Below are positions 8,302 through 10,261 of a DNA stretch of 10,261 nucleotides, piece by piece. This DNA is from Octopus sinensis (lineage: Eukaryota). Where the stretch lies: assembly GCF_006345805.1 (NCBI RefSeq), contig NW_021827601.1, positions 1 through 10,261 of the forward strand. The letters are read 5' to 3'. The notes under the pieces are model-generated. The model searched no databases. It worked only from the letters and a program-made list of their open reading frames with translations, and was not told where the DNA came from. The first letter of the stretch is position 1. The number at the start of each line of letters is the position of its first letter. The translations under genes were made by a program, and so were the position numbers.

Positions 8302-8397
8302 TACTGGAGTCCATTCATTTGACAATAAGTACTTCAATGTGGTGCCCCAGAATGACCTTATTTTAATGACTGAAACAAATGAAAAGTAAAGGATAAA
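8302..8397 (+). mobile_element. Old diverged SINE 3' tail (duplicated copy 2)
   Basis: Duplicate of 7641-7736. Confidence 0.65.
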
Positions 8398-8468
8398 TGT
8401 TTCAATCATACATTATGAACCATAAAATTTCTTCATGAAATACAGGAATATGTGGCTAGAAATATTTA

Positions 8469-8869
8469 CTCTCTCTTTTACTCTTTTACTTGTTTCAGTT
8501 ATTTGACTGTGGCCATGCTGGAGCACCGCCTTTAATCGAGCAACTCGACCCCGGGACTTATTCTTTTTGTAAGCCCAGTACTTATTCTATCGGTCTCTTT
8601 TGCCGAACCGCTAAGTAACGGGAACATAAACACACCAGCATCGGTTGTCAAGTGATGTTGGGGGGATAACACAGACACACAAAACACACACACGCATATA
8701 TAATACATATATACGACGGGCTTCTTCAGTTTCCGTCTACCAAATCCACCACAAGGCTTTGTTCGGCCCGAGGCTATAGTAGAAGAACTTGCCCAAGGTG
8801 CCACGCAGTGGGACTGAACCCGGAACCATGTGGTTGGTAAACAAGCTACTTACCACACAGCCACTCCTG
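8469..8869 (-). mobile_element. SINE family A, near full-length copy A9
   Basis: Reverse complement of the consensus from the tail (ctctctcttttactcttttacttg) to ccactcctg, lacking only the first few nt; ttta flanks both sides. Confidence 0.95.
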
Positions 8870-9261
8870 TTTAGCTGTCCTTTCTAGCATTTTCCTGACT
8901 GGCTGAAGGCTTTTTTTCGCCCATTTGTTAACAATGATACCATCGTTGTTACTGTAACTATATTCATTATTTTTTTTTAATAGATATTTTCCTAGTTTTT
9001 CCCTGCATTGTATTTTTGCATATATTGTTGATATTAGAAGAAAGAGGAAGAGCAGACGAGGTCATATTTTGAGTCACAGTTATGGGGTGGGTTGTTGTTT
9101 TGGTAGGTTGGTCGTTTCGAATAGTAAAGCCCGCAGTCCAGAAACATGGCTTCAGATCTCGTCAATTGATCTCTACTGGGATCGATATATTCTGTGTTTA
9201 CTTTTTAAATTTTATCATGTATTTTACATTGCATTTATCTCATTTATGCTTTATAACTTAT

Positions 9262-9316
9262 ATCATTATCATCATCATCATTATGATTATCGTCATCACG
9301 ACCACTACGGCCAACC

Positions 9317-9347
<31 letters not shown>

Positions 9348-9650
9348 AATTATTATTCTTGTTATTGTCATCATTATTATTGTAGTAGCTGTTGCTGTGG
9401 TTGTTGTTCTTCCTCTTCTTCTCCAATTCGTCCTCCACCTATTCCATCTTATTATTATTATTATCATTATCATTAATATTATCATCATTATTATTATTAT
9501 TGTTTTTGTTGTTGTTGTTATTATTATTGTTATTATTATTATCATCAATATTATTATTTTTGTTTTTGTTGTTGTTGTTATTATTATTGTTATTATCATT
9601 ATTTTTATTATCATTATTATTATTATTCTTCTTCTTATTATTATTATTTC

Positions 9651-9711
<61 letters not shown>

Positions 9712-9738
9712 GTTATTATCATCATCATCATCATTATT
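9262..9738. repeat. Compound trinucleotide tract (ATT/ATC/GTT/CTT)n
   Basis: Directly visible; generates the poly-I, poly-L, poly-H, poly-M and poly-N/D ORFs. Confidence 0.97.
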
Positions 9739-9850
9739 TAATCAAGTATTATAGTTTGCATAAAATAAATGTGCTCTATCAGGAAAAAGAAAACCCAGCT
9801 ATCAGATTAAACGTGTGTGGGAGTGTGGTGTCTGTGTTAGTTCACATGCA

Positions 9851-9950
9851 TGTGTATATATTATATATATATATATATGTTTGTCGATATATATAACTAT
9901 ATATATATATATTTATTTATACGTACAAACACACACAGTTTACTTACACA

Positions 9951-9996
<46 letters not shown>

Positions 9997-10088
9997 CTAT
10001 ATATATATACATATCTATATATTTATATATATGTGTATGTATATAAATATAGATTTTTATATATACGTATCTACATAGATACATATAT
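9851..10088. repeat. Interrupted (TA)n microsatellite mosaic
   Basis: Directly visible. Confidence 0.93.
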
Positions 10089-10261
10089 TTATTTGTGTTT
10101 TTGTGCGTGCTTGCGCGCGTAAGTGTATGATTATGATTAAGTGTGAATGATGGCGATATACGTATACATGTGTATGTCAGAGTCTGTACGTTTGTGAACG
10201 TTTGCATTCACATGCGGAAATGTATAAAAGGAAACAAATTATTTTTAAATATGAATTACTG

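Larger units (their letters stand above)
7376..8468 (+). repeat. Tandem duplication, period ~661 bp (7376-7808 vs 8037-8468)
   Basis: Manual alignment gives about 15 substitutions and 2 small indels over ~433 bp (~96% identity). The duplication covers both SINE and non-SINE sequence. Confidence 0.95.

Noticed and set aside
9069-9754. 219-aa poly-Ile 'membrane' ORF and the poly-His, poly-Leu, poly-Met and poly-Asn/Asp ORFs
   Set aside because: Several frames are open simply because of the trinucleotide tract; no domain or splice support.

Overview
This is AT-rich, repeat-saturated eukaryotic non-coding DNA with no credible host protein-coding exon. The SINE families look like those of octopus/cephalopod genomes; this is recognition from memory, not a database hit. 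Roughly 4 kb is tRNA-derived SINEs of three families: 9 copies or fragments of family A, 2 of family B, 1 of family C, and 2 old 3' tails. The window also holds a decayed RLE-type (R4/Dong-like) non-LTR retrotransposon on the minus strand, with an RT QGDSL motif, a CCHC knuckle and an endonuclease-like region. It further contains an apparently complete 877-bp non-autonomous Helitron with an internal 35-bp minisatellite, a Penelope-like terminal fragment with a minimal hammerhead-ribozyme-like fold, and a ~661-bp-period tandem duplication. Long (TA)n/(CA)n and (ATT/ATC/GTT)n tracts fill much of the rest. Nearly all ORFs in the track are microsatellite or SINE translation artefacts. I found no clearly new biological system. 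The best leads are the hammerhead-like motif with a non-canonical core, the Helitron, and the SINE-bounded rearrangement at 7.4-8.9 kb.
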